A DNA stretch of 64,000 nt from Candidatus Dojkabacteria bacterium. GTDB taxonomy: Bacteria > Patescibacteriota > Dojkabacteria > B142 > OLB20. Both the position numbers and the translations under genes were made by a program. Under the pieces are notes generated by a model, which made no database searches, was not told the origin of the DNA, and saw only the letters and a list, made by a program, of their open reading frames with translations. The stretch spans positions 322,335-386,334 of the forward strand of contig DAOMOX010000001.1 of the NCBI GenBank assembly GCA_035444565.1. Reading direction: 5' to 3'. This document shows, in pieces, positions 1-10,586 of this stretch (position 1 is the first letter of the stretch; each line of letters begins with the position of its first letter).

Positions 1-117
1 ATCAGAGCAGTTATGATTGAAGTAATATTTTACTCAATTTAACAGATATTTGCTCTAGCTGTCAATCTCAGCCTCTTAATAGCAATAGTAACAAAACAAA
101 ATGGGGAATTTATGATT

Positions 118-1338
118 TTAGACTTTTTTAGCATATTGGGTTGAAATCCAACCTTGTCCATTTGCACCTACATCAATTTTTACCCAACTGGAACCAGATC
201 TCTCCATAACAATAAATCTCTGACCTGGTGAAACCTTCGTTACCACCCTACTACTTGTATTTGCTTGTTCTCTGACATTTAAATATCCGACAGGTGTATT
301 TGCAATTTCAATAACATCCATATCTGATTTGTTGACATCTAAAGTGATTTCAAACTCCGAGCCAGCATAAGCCTCTCCCAATACGTTTACTAGTTGGAAC
401 TTCTCTGTCTGTTTGTCGAAGTGTAATGGAACTCCCACTCTCACTTGGAATGTCTTTGATTCACCGGGACGTATACTAGTGCCTTCCGCCATTATTTTGG
501 TTTGCTTAGGTCCAGACCAAACTCCGTTTACAAAGAATTTACTGAAGTCATCACTCCCAACCTTAGTCATAATTGGTTCAAAATCTGAACTTTCATAGAG
601 TGAAATCGAACTGTTATTTTTTATTGTGATTTCTGCAACAACTTGATCCCCGTATTTAACTTTTTCTGTTGGAGTTTTAACCGAAGTTATAGATAGTTCA
701 AATTTAAACTTCGCAGGGTCATACATTGCTGCAATCTCTTTAGTCATCTCAGTCAGAGACCTCTCCCATCGACCAGCGACAATATCGGGAACTCCGACTA
801 TTTGCTGTTGTTCAGTTGCCTGATAATAAAAACTTTTTACAAATATGTTTTCTAATTTAATTCGGTTTCTATTGGCAACCTCAACAATTAATGAATTCAG
901 TGCCTCTCTACCTTCAGTGGAGAAATCATCTGAGTCATTTTCAGCAAGATATCCAATTATTACTGGTTTTTCCTGCGTGTCTTTTAATGCAAATCTTTGT
1001 TCCTCCCCTTTACTATTGCCCTCTAGAACTTTTCCATCCTTAGTTACGAAGTAGTGAAACAAAAAATCGCCTTGATTCAATCGAAAAGTTTGATAGTAAT
1101 AAATACCTTTGTACCAGTCATTTGTTGTTACATATTCGTCAAACTCCAGCTTCAAAGGAACTATATAGACACTATCAGGCAGAGAAAATGCTTCTTTTTG
1201 CTCCTCGATGGATTTAGGAAATTTCAGGGAATCTTTTGTCTGATCAATAATTTGAGCGAATGTCTCAATAGATAGCAACCCAAAAACAAACAGGGAGATT
1301 AACACTACTAGAAATTTGGGCAATCGAATTCTAGACAC
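118..1338 (-). CDS. Secreted protein: degenerate amidase/PGRP-like domain, Ig-like domain and C-terminal SH3b
   Basis: Signal peptide; HYFVTKDGKVLEG resembles the Amidase_2/PGRP motif; C-terminal YLNVRE...VSPGQRF...WVKI...GWIS is SH3_3-like. Confidence 0.6.
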   Translation of the reverse strand: MSRIRLPKFLVVLISLFVFGLLSIETFAQIIDQTKDSLKFPKSIEEQKEAFSLPDSVYIVPLKLEFDEYVTTNDWYKGIYYYQTFRLNQGDFLFHYFVTKDGKVLEGNSKGEEQRFALKDTQEKPVIIGYLAENDSDDFSTEGREALNSLIVEVANRNRIKLENIFVKSFYYQATEQQQIVGVPDIVAGRWERSLTEMTKEIAAMYDPAKFKFELSITSVKTPTEKVKYGDQVVAEITIKNNSSISLYESSDFEPIMTKVGSDDFSKFFVNGVWSGPKQTKIMAEGTSIRPGESKTFQVRVGVPLHFDKQTEKFQLVNVLGEAYAGSEFEITLDVNKSDMDVIEIANTPVGYLNVREQANTSSRVVTKVSPGQRFIVMERSGSSWVKIDVGANGQGWISTQYAKKV

Positions 1339-2248
1339 TTGAAATTAACAATATTAAACCTAACTTAGCATTCATTTTACCTTGCTTAACTTTAAAATCC
1401 AAGTTAGTAATTTTAGCAAAAAGTAGTTTGATAAAGGATAATTCAAATTTGTAAACGTTTCTTTTAATACCTCCTATCGTGTATGGATGTATTTTAAATA
1501 CAGCTTTCATATCATCCTCAGATACCTCACCTGATTTAAGCCAGTATATTAATTTCAACTGTCTAGCCAACATAGAACTGATGTATGGGAAATCGTTGTC
1601 GTTACTGTACAAATCTTCAAAAATTCTTAAAGCATTTTTCTTGTCTCTATTTGTAAGAGCATCGAGTAATTGAAAAATTATTACATCTTTGTTCTCAGTG
1701 AGAATATCTAAATCATCTTCAGTTAATTCAGCCCTGTTCTCTGATTTTGCTAATAGAATTAATTTGTCTAATTCAGTTGACAGAACTTGTTGATCAACAC
1801 CCACCTTTTGGATGATCATTTCACAAATCCTTGAATTCAAAGTAATACCGTCCCTTTTTAACACCTGTATAATCCATTTTTGTAATATTTTGGGTTCAAG
1901 GTTCTTAGTCTCTATAACATTTCCAATTTTTTTTAATGTTTTATAAAGTTTTGTCCTTGCATCCAATTTGCCATTTTCATAGATTATCATATCAATATTA
2001 TTTACCTGCTTTTCAATATATTCAGACAAATCATTTGAGATAGTTTTCTTTCTGTTTTTGGAAATATCACGAATTATAGAAATTTTTTGTTCATTTCCAA
2101 ATATAGAAAGATTATCTGATGGAAAAATTAGTTCAGTAACTCCATTTGCTTTGTCTGCGTATGTGCTGGAGATTTGCTTACCTTTGATTAACTTCGAAAG
2201 TTCAATTCTGGATTGATAGGGATTTAGTCCATGAATCAAAGTTACCAT
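1331..2248 (-). CDS. holA: DNA polymerase III delta subunit
   Basis: LIHG N-terminus, LDARTKLYK, ELDKL, IFQLLDAL, HPY, DFKVKQG. Confidence 0.85.
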   Translation of the reverse strand: MVTLIHGLNPYQSRIELSKLIKGKQISSTYADKANGVTELIFPSDNLSIFGNEQKISIIRDISKNRKKTISNDLSEYIEKQVNNIDMIIYENGKLDARTKLYKTLKKIGNVIETKNLEPKILQKWIIQVLKRDGITLNSRICEMIIQKVGVDQQVLSTELDKLILLAKSENRAELTEDDLDILTENKDVIIFQLLDALTNRDKKNALRIFEDLYSNDNDFPYISSMLARQLKLIYWLKSGEVSEDDMKAVFKIHPYTIGGIKRNVYKFELSFIKLLFAKITNLDFKVKQGKMNAKLGLILLISSV

Positions 2249-2251
2249 TTT

Positions 2252-3976
2252 TTATACCTTGAAAAAACTTAATTTCTTGAACGTTCTGATCATAAACCTC
2301 ATGAATACATTCACTTCTTCTATGCGAAGAAGTTTACAGGTAAGAAGATAAATTAAAAATGCTGTCAATGCTGTAGTTGTAGTTAGGAAAATCAATTGAA
2401 CAGTTTTATCTGTTTGGAGAATACCTTCCCAAACCTTTGCCATTGTATATGCACTCATCATCATTACCAAAGTCGCAAAAAGTTTGATTATCATCTCTTT
2501 GCCTAAACCTCGTAAATTTGTTATCACCTTTTTGTATCTTAAGATGAATAATAGTAAGAAAAACTCTGCACTAAAGACTAGACTAGAACTCAGTGCCAAT
2601 CCCCCAACCGCTAGTGGTCCATCTGATCTGTTAAGAAAGTATGATGGATTGAAGGTGATTTTTAAAATTGAAAATTCGTAGAAATTGCTGAAGTAATTTG
2701 TTAGTAGGATACCAGTGATAACCCCAAAGATTAGAACGAAGACACTTGATATTAAGGGAACTATAGAATTATGAATCGCAAAGTAAACCCTAAATAATGT
2801 AGTACGAAGAGTTTCTAGACTTATTCCTATGGCGAAAAACATCAGAACCCAAGAAACTTGAAGTGTGTCTGCCCATGTGAAGCTTCCTCCTAAAATTCCA
2901 TATACCAACCTAACAATTGGAACTCTTAAGATGATAAATAATCCACTAACTGGCAAAGCCAAGAACAAAACTTGGTTAATAATTTTCCTAACTAATATTT
3001 CAAATTCTATCTTAGAACCATTTGACCACAACCTTGATAGTGAGGGGAATGAAGCAATTGCATAAGATGTGCCAAACAAGTTCAGAGGAATTGCAGTTAA
3101 TCGAAGTGCATACTGATAAGAAGCTAGTGAACCCACTGTCAAACTAAACGAAATCAGAGTGTCTGCAATCCTAGCTACCTCTTCTACACTAAGACCTAGA
3201 ACACGAGGCAATCCCAATTTCATTGCCTCCACGAAATTTTTATCTCGAAGGTTTACATATAGAAACCTATAACCAATTTTTAACTCTCTCCATAAAGGTA
3301 TCTGTATTAGAAGATGTAAAACTGCACCAATTAAAGTGCCCCAAACTAAAGCCCAAATCTTGTCGTCCACGATTGGGATAAGAAAGATTATTCCAATTAT
3401 CTTTCCAAGATTATAAAGTAGCGGTGCTAGTTGAGGAATAATAAACCGATGATGGATATTAAGACCAGAAGACAAGAAAGCGCTTGCCCCCAGAATTATT
3501 TGAGGAATCAAAAGAACTCTAGTCATTAAAATGACATTTTCAATATCTTCTGGTGATAAATCTCCGCTTCTCTGAGTGATTTCAACGGCGAACGGAACAG
3601 TGAATTTTGCAAAAATCATTACCAAGACAGAAAGGAAGACAAAGAGTAACATTCCTAAATTCATTATCGTGCTAAAAGACGATGAGAACTTCTCGTCTCC
3701 TTCTTTTTCTTTAATTTTGACCAAAACTGGAATTATAGAGCCGGAGATTGCCCCGAGCAAAATAATATTCGTGATTGTTTCAGGAACCGCTGATGCAAGA
3801 TAGAAAAGATCAAGTTCTGCTGATGCACCAAACTGAGAGGAGACCAGTGAAAGAAAAACCATACCAACAATTTTGGTAGCAAAAAGCAGTACCATCAGCA
3901 TTGCGGCCGCTGAGAGTATCTCATTTTGCTCCCTTGTCAGAATACTTCTGATTGAAGATATGGTCTTCTTTACCAT
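2252..3976 (-). CDS. murJ: Lipid II flippase MurJ/MviN
   Basis: Polytopic; FGASAELDLFYLA, GAISGSIIP, APLLYNL, FPSLS. Confidence 0.9.
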   Translation of the reverse strand: MVKKTISSIRSILTREQNEILSAAAMLMVLLFATKIVGMVFLSLVSSQFGASAELDLFYLASAVPETITNIILLGAISGSIIPVLVKIKEKEGDEKFSSSFSTIMNLGMLLFVFLSVLVMIFAKFTVPFAVEITQRSGDLSPEDIENVILMTRVLLIPQIILGASAFLSSGLNIHHRFIIPQLAPLLYNLGKIIGIIFLIPIVDDKIWALVWGTLIGAVLHLLIQIPLWRELKIGYRFLYVNLRDKNFVEAMKLGLPRVLGLSVEEVARIADTLISFSLTVGSLASYQYALRLTAIPLNLFGTSYAIASFPSLSRLWSNGSKIEFEILVRKIINQVLFLALPVSGLFIILRVPIVRLVYGILGGSFTWADTLQVSWVLMFFAIGISLETLRTTLFRVYFAIHNSIVPLISSVFVLIFGVITGILLTNYFSNFYEFSILKITFNPSYFLNRSDGPLAVGGLALSSSLVFSAEFFLLLFILRYKKVITNLRGLGKEMIIKLFATLVMMMSAYTMAKVWEGILQTDKTVQLIFLTTTTALTAFLIYLLTCKLLRIEEVNVFMRFMIRTFKKLSFFKV

Positions 3977-3993
3977 AAGTCATTAGGTTTATA

Positions 3994-6084
3994 TCAATTT
4001 AAACCCTTCATGGAGAAGCTTATTCTACCATTTTCTAATTTTATTACTTTAACTTTTACAGTTTGTCCTTCTTTAACGATTTCTTCAGGATTTGAAACAA
4101 ACTTATCGCTCATTTCTGATTTGTGAACCAACCCCGAGATGTTTGGAGTTACGTCTACAAATGCTCCGTATTCTTTTACGGAAGCTACTTTACCCTCATA
4201 TACCCTGCCAATTTCAGGTTCTACCACAATATCCTCTACCATAGCTTTGGCAAGTCTTCTCTGCTCTTCATCCATCGAAGTGATCGTTACGGTTCCATCG
4301 TCTTGAATATCTATCTCTACATCACCACCTGCTTTTTCTACAATTCCTTTTATTACCTTCCCTCCTGGACCAATTAATTCACCAATTTTTTCTTGAGCAA
4401 TTTTAATAACATCAACTTTAGGTGCATATTCGCTTACCGATTTCCTAGGTTCTGCAATTACATCTGTCATTGCTTTCAAAATTTCAAGTCTAGCTTGTTT
4501 TGACTTTGTGAAAGCTTCCTTCATAATCTCTACAGGAATACCTCTGAGTTTGTTGTCTAGCTGAATTGCTGTAATTCCCTTGTCAGTACCAGTAACCTTG
4601 AAATCCATATCTCCATAGAAATCTTCAACATCTTCAAGATCAACTATTAATTTATAGGTTTTCTCGTCTTTGTCTGTTACCAATCCCACAGAAATTCCAC
4701 CAACTGGTGCTTTGATTGCAACCCCTGCATCCATCAATGCCAATGTTGTTCCGCAAGTTGCAGCCATCGAACTTGAACCCTGTTGTGACAATATTTCTGA
4801 AACTACACGAAGGGTGTAAGGGAATTTATCGACTTCAGGAATCATTTTTAGTAATGCGTTTTCACCGATATTTCCATGACCAACTTCTCGTCTACCTGGA
4901 ATATAATTAAATCTTCCAGCCAACCCTAGTGAATAGTTCGGTCCATTGTAATGGTGCATCCATCTCTTTGCATCTTCTCCTTCAAAACTTTCTAGTTGTT
5001 GTACGAGTCTAGTAGACCCTAATGTGACTACTGAGAGACATTGAGTGTTACCTCTTTGGAAAATTGCGGATCCATGAACTCTGGGTAGTACTCCAACCTC
5101 GATATAAAGTGGTCTGATTTCATCCAACTTTCTTCCAGTAACTCTTTTCTCCTCAGTAAGTATAAGATTTCGAACATATTTTTTAGCGACATATTCTAAG
5201 GCGGATGCAATAGAACCGGCATCCCAACCCTCTTCATCTTTATGACTCTCTAATACTTCATCTCTAATTGCCTGCATTAAGTTATCCCTATTTTCCTTGT
5301 CTAGCATTGCCTGCTCTAACTTCTGTATGTATTTGTCTTGAAGGTCTTTTATAATTTCTTCATTTGGTGTTTGGTCTACAAATTCAACCTTCTCCTTGCC
5401 CATTTCTTTAGTAATTTCTTCCTGAACATCAAGCAATGGTTTCATCTCTGCCAATGCGAAATCAATCAAACCAAACATTTTTTCTTCAGGATATTCATTA
5501 CCAAAACCCTCGATATTTAAGATTCTCTTGTCGTTCCTAGCCGAAATAATGAATTCAGAATCAAATTCGTCAGTTTCTGTCAAATTTGACGGATTTAAGA
5601 TCATTTCACCATCTTTTACTCCAACAACAACACTAGCAACAGGTCCCATAAATGGAACATCTGAGTTCATAAGTGCAAGTGATGCTGATGTAACAGCCAA
5701 AGTCTCTGGATCATGAACATTATCGTAAGCCAGCACTGTTACAGTAACACTAACTTCATTTTTGTAGCCGTGTGGAAATAAAGATCTTAGTGAATGGTCA
5801 ATTTGACGTGCCTTTAAGACCGCATCGTCACTTGGCCATCTTTCTCTTTTCTGAAATCTGGATCCAGAAATCCTTCCACCTGCATAGAATTTCTCAATAT
5901 ATTCTATTGATAGAGGGAAGTAATCTAAATTTGGGTTTTCTCTACCAACTGTTACGATAGTAAGAACTACAGTCTCTCCCATTTGAGCCCATACTGTAGA
6001 ATTCGCTCTTGGTGCAAGTCCGCCGAGTTTAAAAGTCAGCTTTTTGCCGTTAAAGTCTATGGATTTCGTGTATTGTTTATCCAT
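3994..6084 (-). CDS. pnp: Polyribonucleotide nucleotidyltransferase
   Basis: FPLSIEY, RREVGHG, GSSSMA, GDMDFKV, KH (IGPGGK) and S1 domains. Confidence 0.97.
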   Translation of the reverse strand: MDKQYTKSIDFNGKKLTFKLGGLAPRANSTVWAQMGETVVLTIVTVGRENPNLDYFPLSIEYIEKFYAGGRISGSRFQKRERWPSDDAVLKARQIDHSLRSLFPHGYKNEVSVTVTVLAYDNVHDPETLAVTSASLALMNSDVPFMGPVASVVVGVKDGEMILNPSNLTETDEFDSEFIISARNDKRILNIEGFGNEYPEEKMFGLIDFALAEMKPLLDVQEEITKEMGKEKVEFVDQTPNEEIIKDLQDKYIQKLEQAMLDKENRDNLMQAIRDEVLESHKDEEGWDAGSIASALEYVAKKYVRNLILTEEKRVTGRKLDEIRPLYIEVGVLPRVHGSAIFQRGNTQCLSVVTLGSTRLVQQLESFEGEDAKRWMHHYNGPNYSLGLAGRFNYIPGRREVGHGNIGENALLKMIPEVDKFPYTLRVVSEILSQQGSSSMAATCGTTLALMDAGVAIKAPVGGISVGLVTDKDEKTYKLIVDLEDVEDFYGDMDFKVTGTDKGITAIQLDNKLRGIPVEIMKEAFTKSKQARLEILKAMTDVIAEPRKSVSEYAPKVDVIKIAQEKIGELIGPGGKVIKGIVEKAGGDVEIDIQDDGTVTITSMDEEQRRLAKAMVEDIVVEPEIGRVYEGKVASVKEYGAFVDVTPNISGLVHKSEMSDKFVSNPEEIVKEGQTVKVKVIKLENGRISFSMKGLN

Positions 6085-6126
6085 TTAATAAAACTAATAA
6101 GTAAATATTAGCCTCAATAATGATCA

Positions 6127-6204
6127 GGATTTAGGATTTGTGGAGGAATCTGTAAGAGGATTAAAATCATTTGAATACTCTTTAAATTCCTTCACCTAAC
6201 ATCC
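6127..6204 (-). promoter_or_regulatory. Long imperfect hairpin in the pnp 5' leader
   Basis: Arms gtggaggaat (6140-6149)/attccttcac (6186-6195), aagag/ctctt and ggat/atcc; TGnTATAAT on the minus strand at 6228-6236. Confidence 0.5.
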
Positions 6205-6281
6205 CTTTCAATTACGAAGACTTATTCATTATAACATTCATGGACTATCGGTAGAAAGCATTTGTTCACAATGTTTTGGAA

Positions 6282-8387
6282 TTATCTCGCTTTATACTGG
6301 AAATAACCATTACAGTGAAGTAAATCACGAGAATAAAATCCTCCAACACATGCTCCAGCCTCGTTACTCCAAGTGCCTGTTGAAAAGGTATCAGGATCTT
6401 CGGTCTGATAGACAGTAGTTCCAATTGTAATCTTATCTACGTATACGTCCCTCTGAGTACCATCGTTAATAAATTTAATTTTTACCTGAGTTACATCAAA
6501 CGGAACGTTGTGTGTGTATCTATAATTCCCATATGTCGTTCCCATAACATCAAAAGTATGAACTGTAGGCTGTGTTGTTGTAGGATCACCTATTTTAATT
6601 TCTAGTTTCGGCCATACTCCTGATTCACTCCTGGGATATCTAGCCTTAGCTCTCACAATTATGCGTTTTGCACTTGGGTAGGTAGTAGTCGGAACAATTG
6701 TGCCAACTGATGTTGGGATTGGTGTATTATCAGGAGCATTTTCAGAGTTTAATTCAATTGCACCAATATCTGGCATTGATACTCTGGCACTCTTCAAATA
6801 ATCCTGTGATCTAACCGATGTAGGTATACCTGTGTTATTAGAAGGACCAGCACTTGTACCTGCATTTATCGAGATACTATTACTTATTGGATAATAATTA
6901 GCAACATTTACTGCTGTTAATAGCTCACTCAGATTTAAATTGTCTGGTCCAATATTTGGATATTTAATGTTTAAAGGAATCGTAGAATTAACCAATCCTG
7001 GATTATCCTGAAAAACATTACCGGTGCCTTTTATAGAGGTTGATAGTGCCTTAGGAAAAATATTATTACGCACTGTCAGGGCATCATTACCACTTAATTT
7101 GATTGTGATTTTTGATGTTGGGTTTTTTCTTCGATCAAATATGTTATTCTCTAATATTCCACTAACTTTAGGATCCCCACTTTTAGCTGCTTCATGCTGA
7201 ACGCTCAAAAGTGTAGATAATTCATTTCCCGCAATCAATGTGTTGTTTCCAAAATATATTCGATTATTATCGCCTATATGTGATTTATTTGAGCCAGTAA
7301 TAAAAAACCCCATATTTACTATCAAATTATTGTAAATGGCAATGTTTGTATTCATTACATTTCCTGTTTTTAGATGACCCTTTTCATTTCTAAGTCCAAA
7401 CCTCCAAAATCCTGTGGCATCGGTATCCTCATCTCCACCTGCCTTAGGTTTCTTCTCTTCAGGAGCGTAGAAAAGATTATTCCTTACTACTGCATCTTCA
7501 ACCATCCCAGCATAAAAGCTATTTTTGTTTCCAACTACTGTGTTATCTTCAAACAATAAGTCTTTTGAACCGGGCTGGGGTGCTAATTCACCCTCTCCCC
7601 ATGCAAAAGTATTACCTCTAACAACAGAATTCATCCCACCTATGGCTGCACTAATATTTACACAATATTTCAATTCTAATTCACTTAGTGGGGTATCTTT
7701 TGGTTGACAAGCACCTGGTACCCGAACATGATACTCATCTCCCACAGAAGTTCTGGTCATACTATTATTAAGAAATTGAAAATTATCCATTCTTGCAGGA
7801 TAATCACTTTCAGATTCATCAGGATTTGCATACAAACCAGATGAAATCGTCCAGTCAATGATTACATTTTTTACAGTCACATTCTTCATTGTTCCACCAT
7901 TCTCTGTAGAAATTCCCAAACCTCTACCACAAGAGTTTCTTAGGAATAGGCCATCAATAGTTACATTGTTAGTATTCCTTAGTGATAGCAGTGCAGCGAA
8001 TCTTCCTTGTGATGAACACCTACTATTCCATACATTTACAATATTGTCCCAGCTATTATTTAACATTCCAGGCGCAAAACCTCCGTCTATAATAGCTTTA
8101 TGACGATTTTCAGCTTTCCAAGTCAGTCCACTTTTTTCAATTCGAGAATATGCAGGATAAATACCATCTTTGAGAATAATTGTGTCGCCAGGAGAAGCTG
8201 AAGTATCGGCTTTTTTCATGGTTTTCCACGGACTAGTATTTGTACCTGCGTTGGTATCGGACCCATTTGGCGAAAGATAATAGATCGACGCAGCAGAATT
8301 ATCTTCAGGAGCTAAATCCCCCATGAATAAAACTAAATAAACAGACAGAGAAATCACCGATAATACAAGAACTATACCAATAAACAA
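6282..8387 (-). CDS. Exported right-handed beta-helix protein with C-terminal carbohydrate-binding-like (CBM60-like) module
   Basis: TM, YYLSPNGSDTNAGT..PWKT, PGDTIILKDG, Asn-rich coils, PDIGAIE, PT linker, KFINDG..RDVYVDKI; start may be ATA at 8399. Confidence 0.75.
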   Translation of the reverse strand: MFIGIVLVLSVISLSVYLVLFMGDLAPEDNSAASIYYLSPNGSDTNAGTNTSPWKTMKKADTSASPGDTIILKDGIYPAYSRIEKSGLTWKAENRHKAIIDGGFAPGMLNNSWDNIVNVWNSRCSSQGRFAALLSLRNTNNVTIDGLFLRNSCGRGLGISTENGGTMKNVTVKNVIIDWTISSGLYANPDESESDYPARMDNFQFLNNSMTRTSVGDEYHVRVPGACQPKDTPLSELELKYCVNISAAIGGMNSVVRGNTFAWGEGELAPQPGSKDLLFEDNTVVGNKNSFYAGMVEDAVVRNNLFYAPEEKKPKAGGDEDTDATGFWRFGLRNEKGHLKTGNVMNTNIAIYNNLIVNMGFFITGSNKSHIGDNNRIYFGNNTLIAGNELSTLLSVQHEAAKSGDPKVSGILENNIFDRRKNPTSKITIKLSGNDALTVRNNIFPKALSTSIKGTGNVFQDNPGLVNSTIPLNIKYPNIGPDNLNLSELLTAVNVANYYPISNSISINAGTSAGPSNNTGIPTSVRSQDYLKSARVSMPDIGAIELNSENAPDNTPIPTSVGTIVPTTTYPSAKRIIVRAKARYPRSESGVWPKLEIKIGDPTTTQPTVHTFDVMGTTYGNYRYTHNVPFDVTQVKIKFINDGTQRDVYVDKITIGTTVYQTEDPDTFSTGTWSNEAGACVGGFYSRDLLHCNGYFQYKAR

Positions 8388-8455
8388 TTTCCTTTTTATT
8401 TATATTGTTTTGAATAAATAAATTATCTAAATTAAATTTTTTAGTTACTTAGTCT

Positions 8456-10537
8456 TTATAATGCACAACTAGTCTTCGGATAATACCTCTGTGCAAATCC
8501 TATTCCAGCTGCTCCAAAGTCTGCAATATTTAACTTCCCATCTCTATTTACATCTCTTCCTCCACAAGAACCATACTCAACATCTTTATCTGCACAAGTA
8601 TTTTTTCCAGTTCCATAGCTTTTAGCAAATTCTGCAAAGTCAGCAATACTGAATTTTCCATCTCCATCCACATCAGCTTTACCACAGATATTCCCTGTAA
8701 CTGGAAGTGTTGGTGTGGCACTTGGAACTGGTGTCAGTGCATTTGATGGTGTTGGTGTTGTACTTGGAGTAATTGAAGGCCCAGGTGTTCGAGTTAATGT
8801 CGGAGTTAAAGATGCACCAGGTGTTTGAGTTGGCGTCGCGGACTGTATTGGTGTTGGGGTACTGGTGTTATAGACCCCTCCGAACTCTATTGCCCCTATA
8901 TCAGGAGTTCCTGTCCTGGTATTTCTCAAAAAATCTTGCGATCTCACTAATTGTGGGATATTAGTTTGGTTAGCACCAGTCCCATTTGATCCTGTATTTA
9001 TTGCGGGACTATTTTGTTTTAATCGATAATTATTAATGTCTAAAGCAGCCCTTAATGCTGCGATATCTAGTGTCTCAGGTCCGATATTTGGATAAACAAG
9101 ATTCAATTCTATTAATGAGTTTACTAATCCAGGATCGTTAGTATAAACATCTCCTGTTCCTTTAACTGAATTGTCAACATTTGTTGGTAATATATTATTT
9201 CTGCGTAGGAATTGGTCATTTCCACTCAGTTGGACATTAATTCTAGCTGATGGATTCTTTCTTCGGTCGAAAATATTATTTTCCATGATTCCTGTTAACA
9301 CTCCATCACCTGAAGATCCTCCCCCATGCTGGATGTGTAGGAGCGAATCCAGTTCCTTTCCAGCAACCAAAGTATTATTTCCAAAGTATATTTGTCTGTT
9401 GTCCCCTATGTGACTACCATTTGTCCCTGTAATAAAGAATCCCATATTAACTATTAAATTATTATAGATAGCAATATTTGTATTCATTGTAGTGGCCTCA
9501 TCCGTATGCCCCTTTTCATTTCGTAGTCCAAGTCTCCAATACCCAGTGGCCTCACTATCTTCATCACCGCCAGCTTTGGGTTTTTTCAATTCTGGGGCAT
9601 AGAATGTATTATTTCTTGCTATAGCATCCTGTACCATTCCAGCATAAAAACTATTTTTATTTCCAACTACAACATTATTTTCAAATAAAAATCCTTTGGA
9701 CCCTGGTTGGGGAGCCAATTCACCTTCACCCCATGCAAATACATTTCCTCTTATAATTGAATTCACTCCACCAAAAGAGGCACTAATATTGACACAATAC
9801 TTTTTAATCTTTTCGTTCTCAGGAGTCGTTTTCGGCTGACAAGCACCTGCCACCCTGACATTATATTCGTCACCTATAGATGTTCTTGTCATAACGTTAT
9901 CAATAAACTGAAAATTATTCATTTTTGTTTGAAATACATCTTTTTGACTGAAAGCCGGCTCTGCATATATACCCGAGGTAGAAGTCCAATCTATCATCGA
10001 ATTTTTGATGGTAATGTTATTGGCAGTTGCACTTGTTGTAGACGTGGAAACTCCTATCCCTCTACCACAGGAATTCCGTATGAAAAGACCATCAATTGTC
10101 ACGTGATCAGCATCTCGAATAGCCAATAAGGCAGCAAACATCCCTTTGTTTGAGCATTTTGTATTCCAAACTGAAACGATATTATTCCAGTTGTTATTCA
10201 ACATCCCCGGAGCGAAGCCCCCATCAATTATAGCTTTATGCTTATTTTCAGCTCTCCAAGTAACGTTCGATTTCCTAAGGGTGATGTAACCGGAATAGAC
10301 ACCATCTTTAAGAACAACAGTATCGCCAGGAGAAGCGCTTGCATCAGCCTTCACCAAAGTTTTCCATGGACTCGAAGTTGTCCCTGGGTTGCTATCGGAT
10401 CCATTTGGAGATAAGTAGTAAATTGTTGCTGCCGAGTCATCCTCGGGTGACCACTCTTGGAACACTAATAAACTCGAAACCATAAGGACTAGTATCCCTA
10501 TTACTGCTAAAGCTAGTGTAAATACTGGTTTCCTCAT
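8456..10537 (-). CDS. Exported beta-helix protein with C-terminal dockerin-like domain
   Basis: Paralog of its neighbours; PT linker; two Ca-loop repeats DVDGDGKFSIADF and DVNRDGKLNIADF. Confidence 0.8.
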   Translation of the reverse strand: MRKPVFTLALAVIGILVLMVSSLLVFQEWSPEDDSAATIYYLSPNGSDSNPGTTSSPWKTLVKADASASPGDTVVLKDGVYSGYITLRKSNVTWRAENKHKAIIDGGFAPGMLNNNWNNIVSVWNTKCSNKGMFAALLAIRDADHVTIDGLFIRNSCGRGIGVSTSTTSATANNITIKNSMIDWTSTSGIYAEPAFSQKDVFQTKMNNFQFIDNVMTRTSIGDEYNVRVAGACQPKTTPENEKIKKYCVNISASFGGVNSIIRGNVFAWGEGELAPQPGSKGFLFENNVVVGNKNSFYAGMVQDAIARNNTFYAPELKKPKAGGDEDSEATGYWRLGLRNEKGHTDEATTMNTNIAIYNNLIVNMGFFITGTNGSHIGDNRQIYFGNNTLVAGKELDSLLHIQHGGGSSGDGVLTGIMENNIFDRRKNPSARINVQLSGNDQFLRRNNILPTNVDNSVKGTGDVYTNDPGLVNSLIELNLVYPNIGPETLDIAALRAALDINNYRLKQNSPAINTGSNGTGANQTNIPQLVRSQDFLRNTRTGTPDIGAIEFGGVYNTSTPTPIQSATPTQTPGASLTPTLTRTPGPSITPSTTPTPSNALTPVPSATPTLPVTGNICGKADVDGDGKFSIADFAEFAKSYGTGKNTCADKDVEYGSCGGRDVNRDGKLNIADFGAAGIGFAQRYYPKTSCAL

Positions 10538-10586
10538 AACTAACGATAATAATTATTAAATATCTAAATTTCTTTATACTTCAATC

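Noticed and set aside
8700-8870. Pro/Thr-coding quasi-repeats (also near 10830-10980 and 12870-13040)
   Set aside because: Ordinary linker low complexity, not exact DNA repeats
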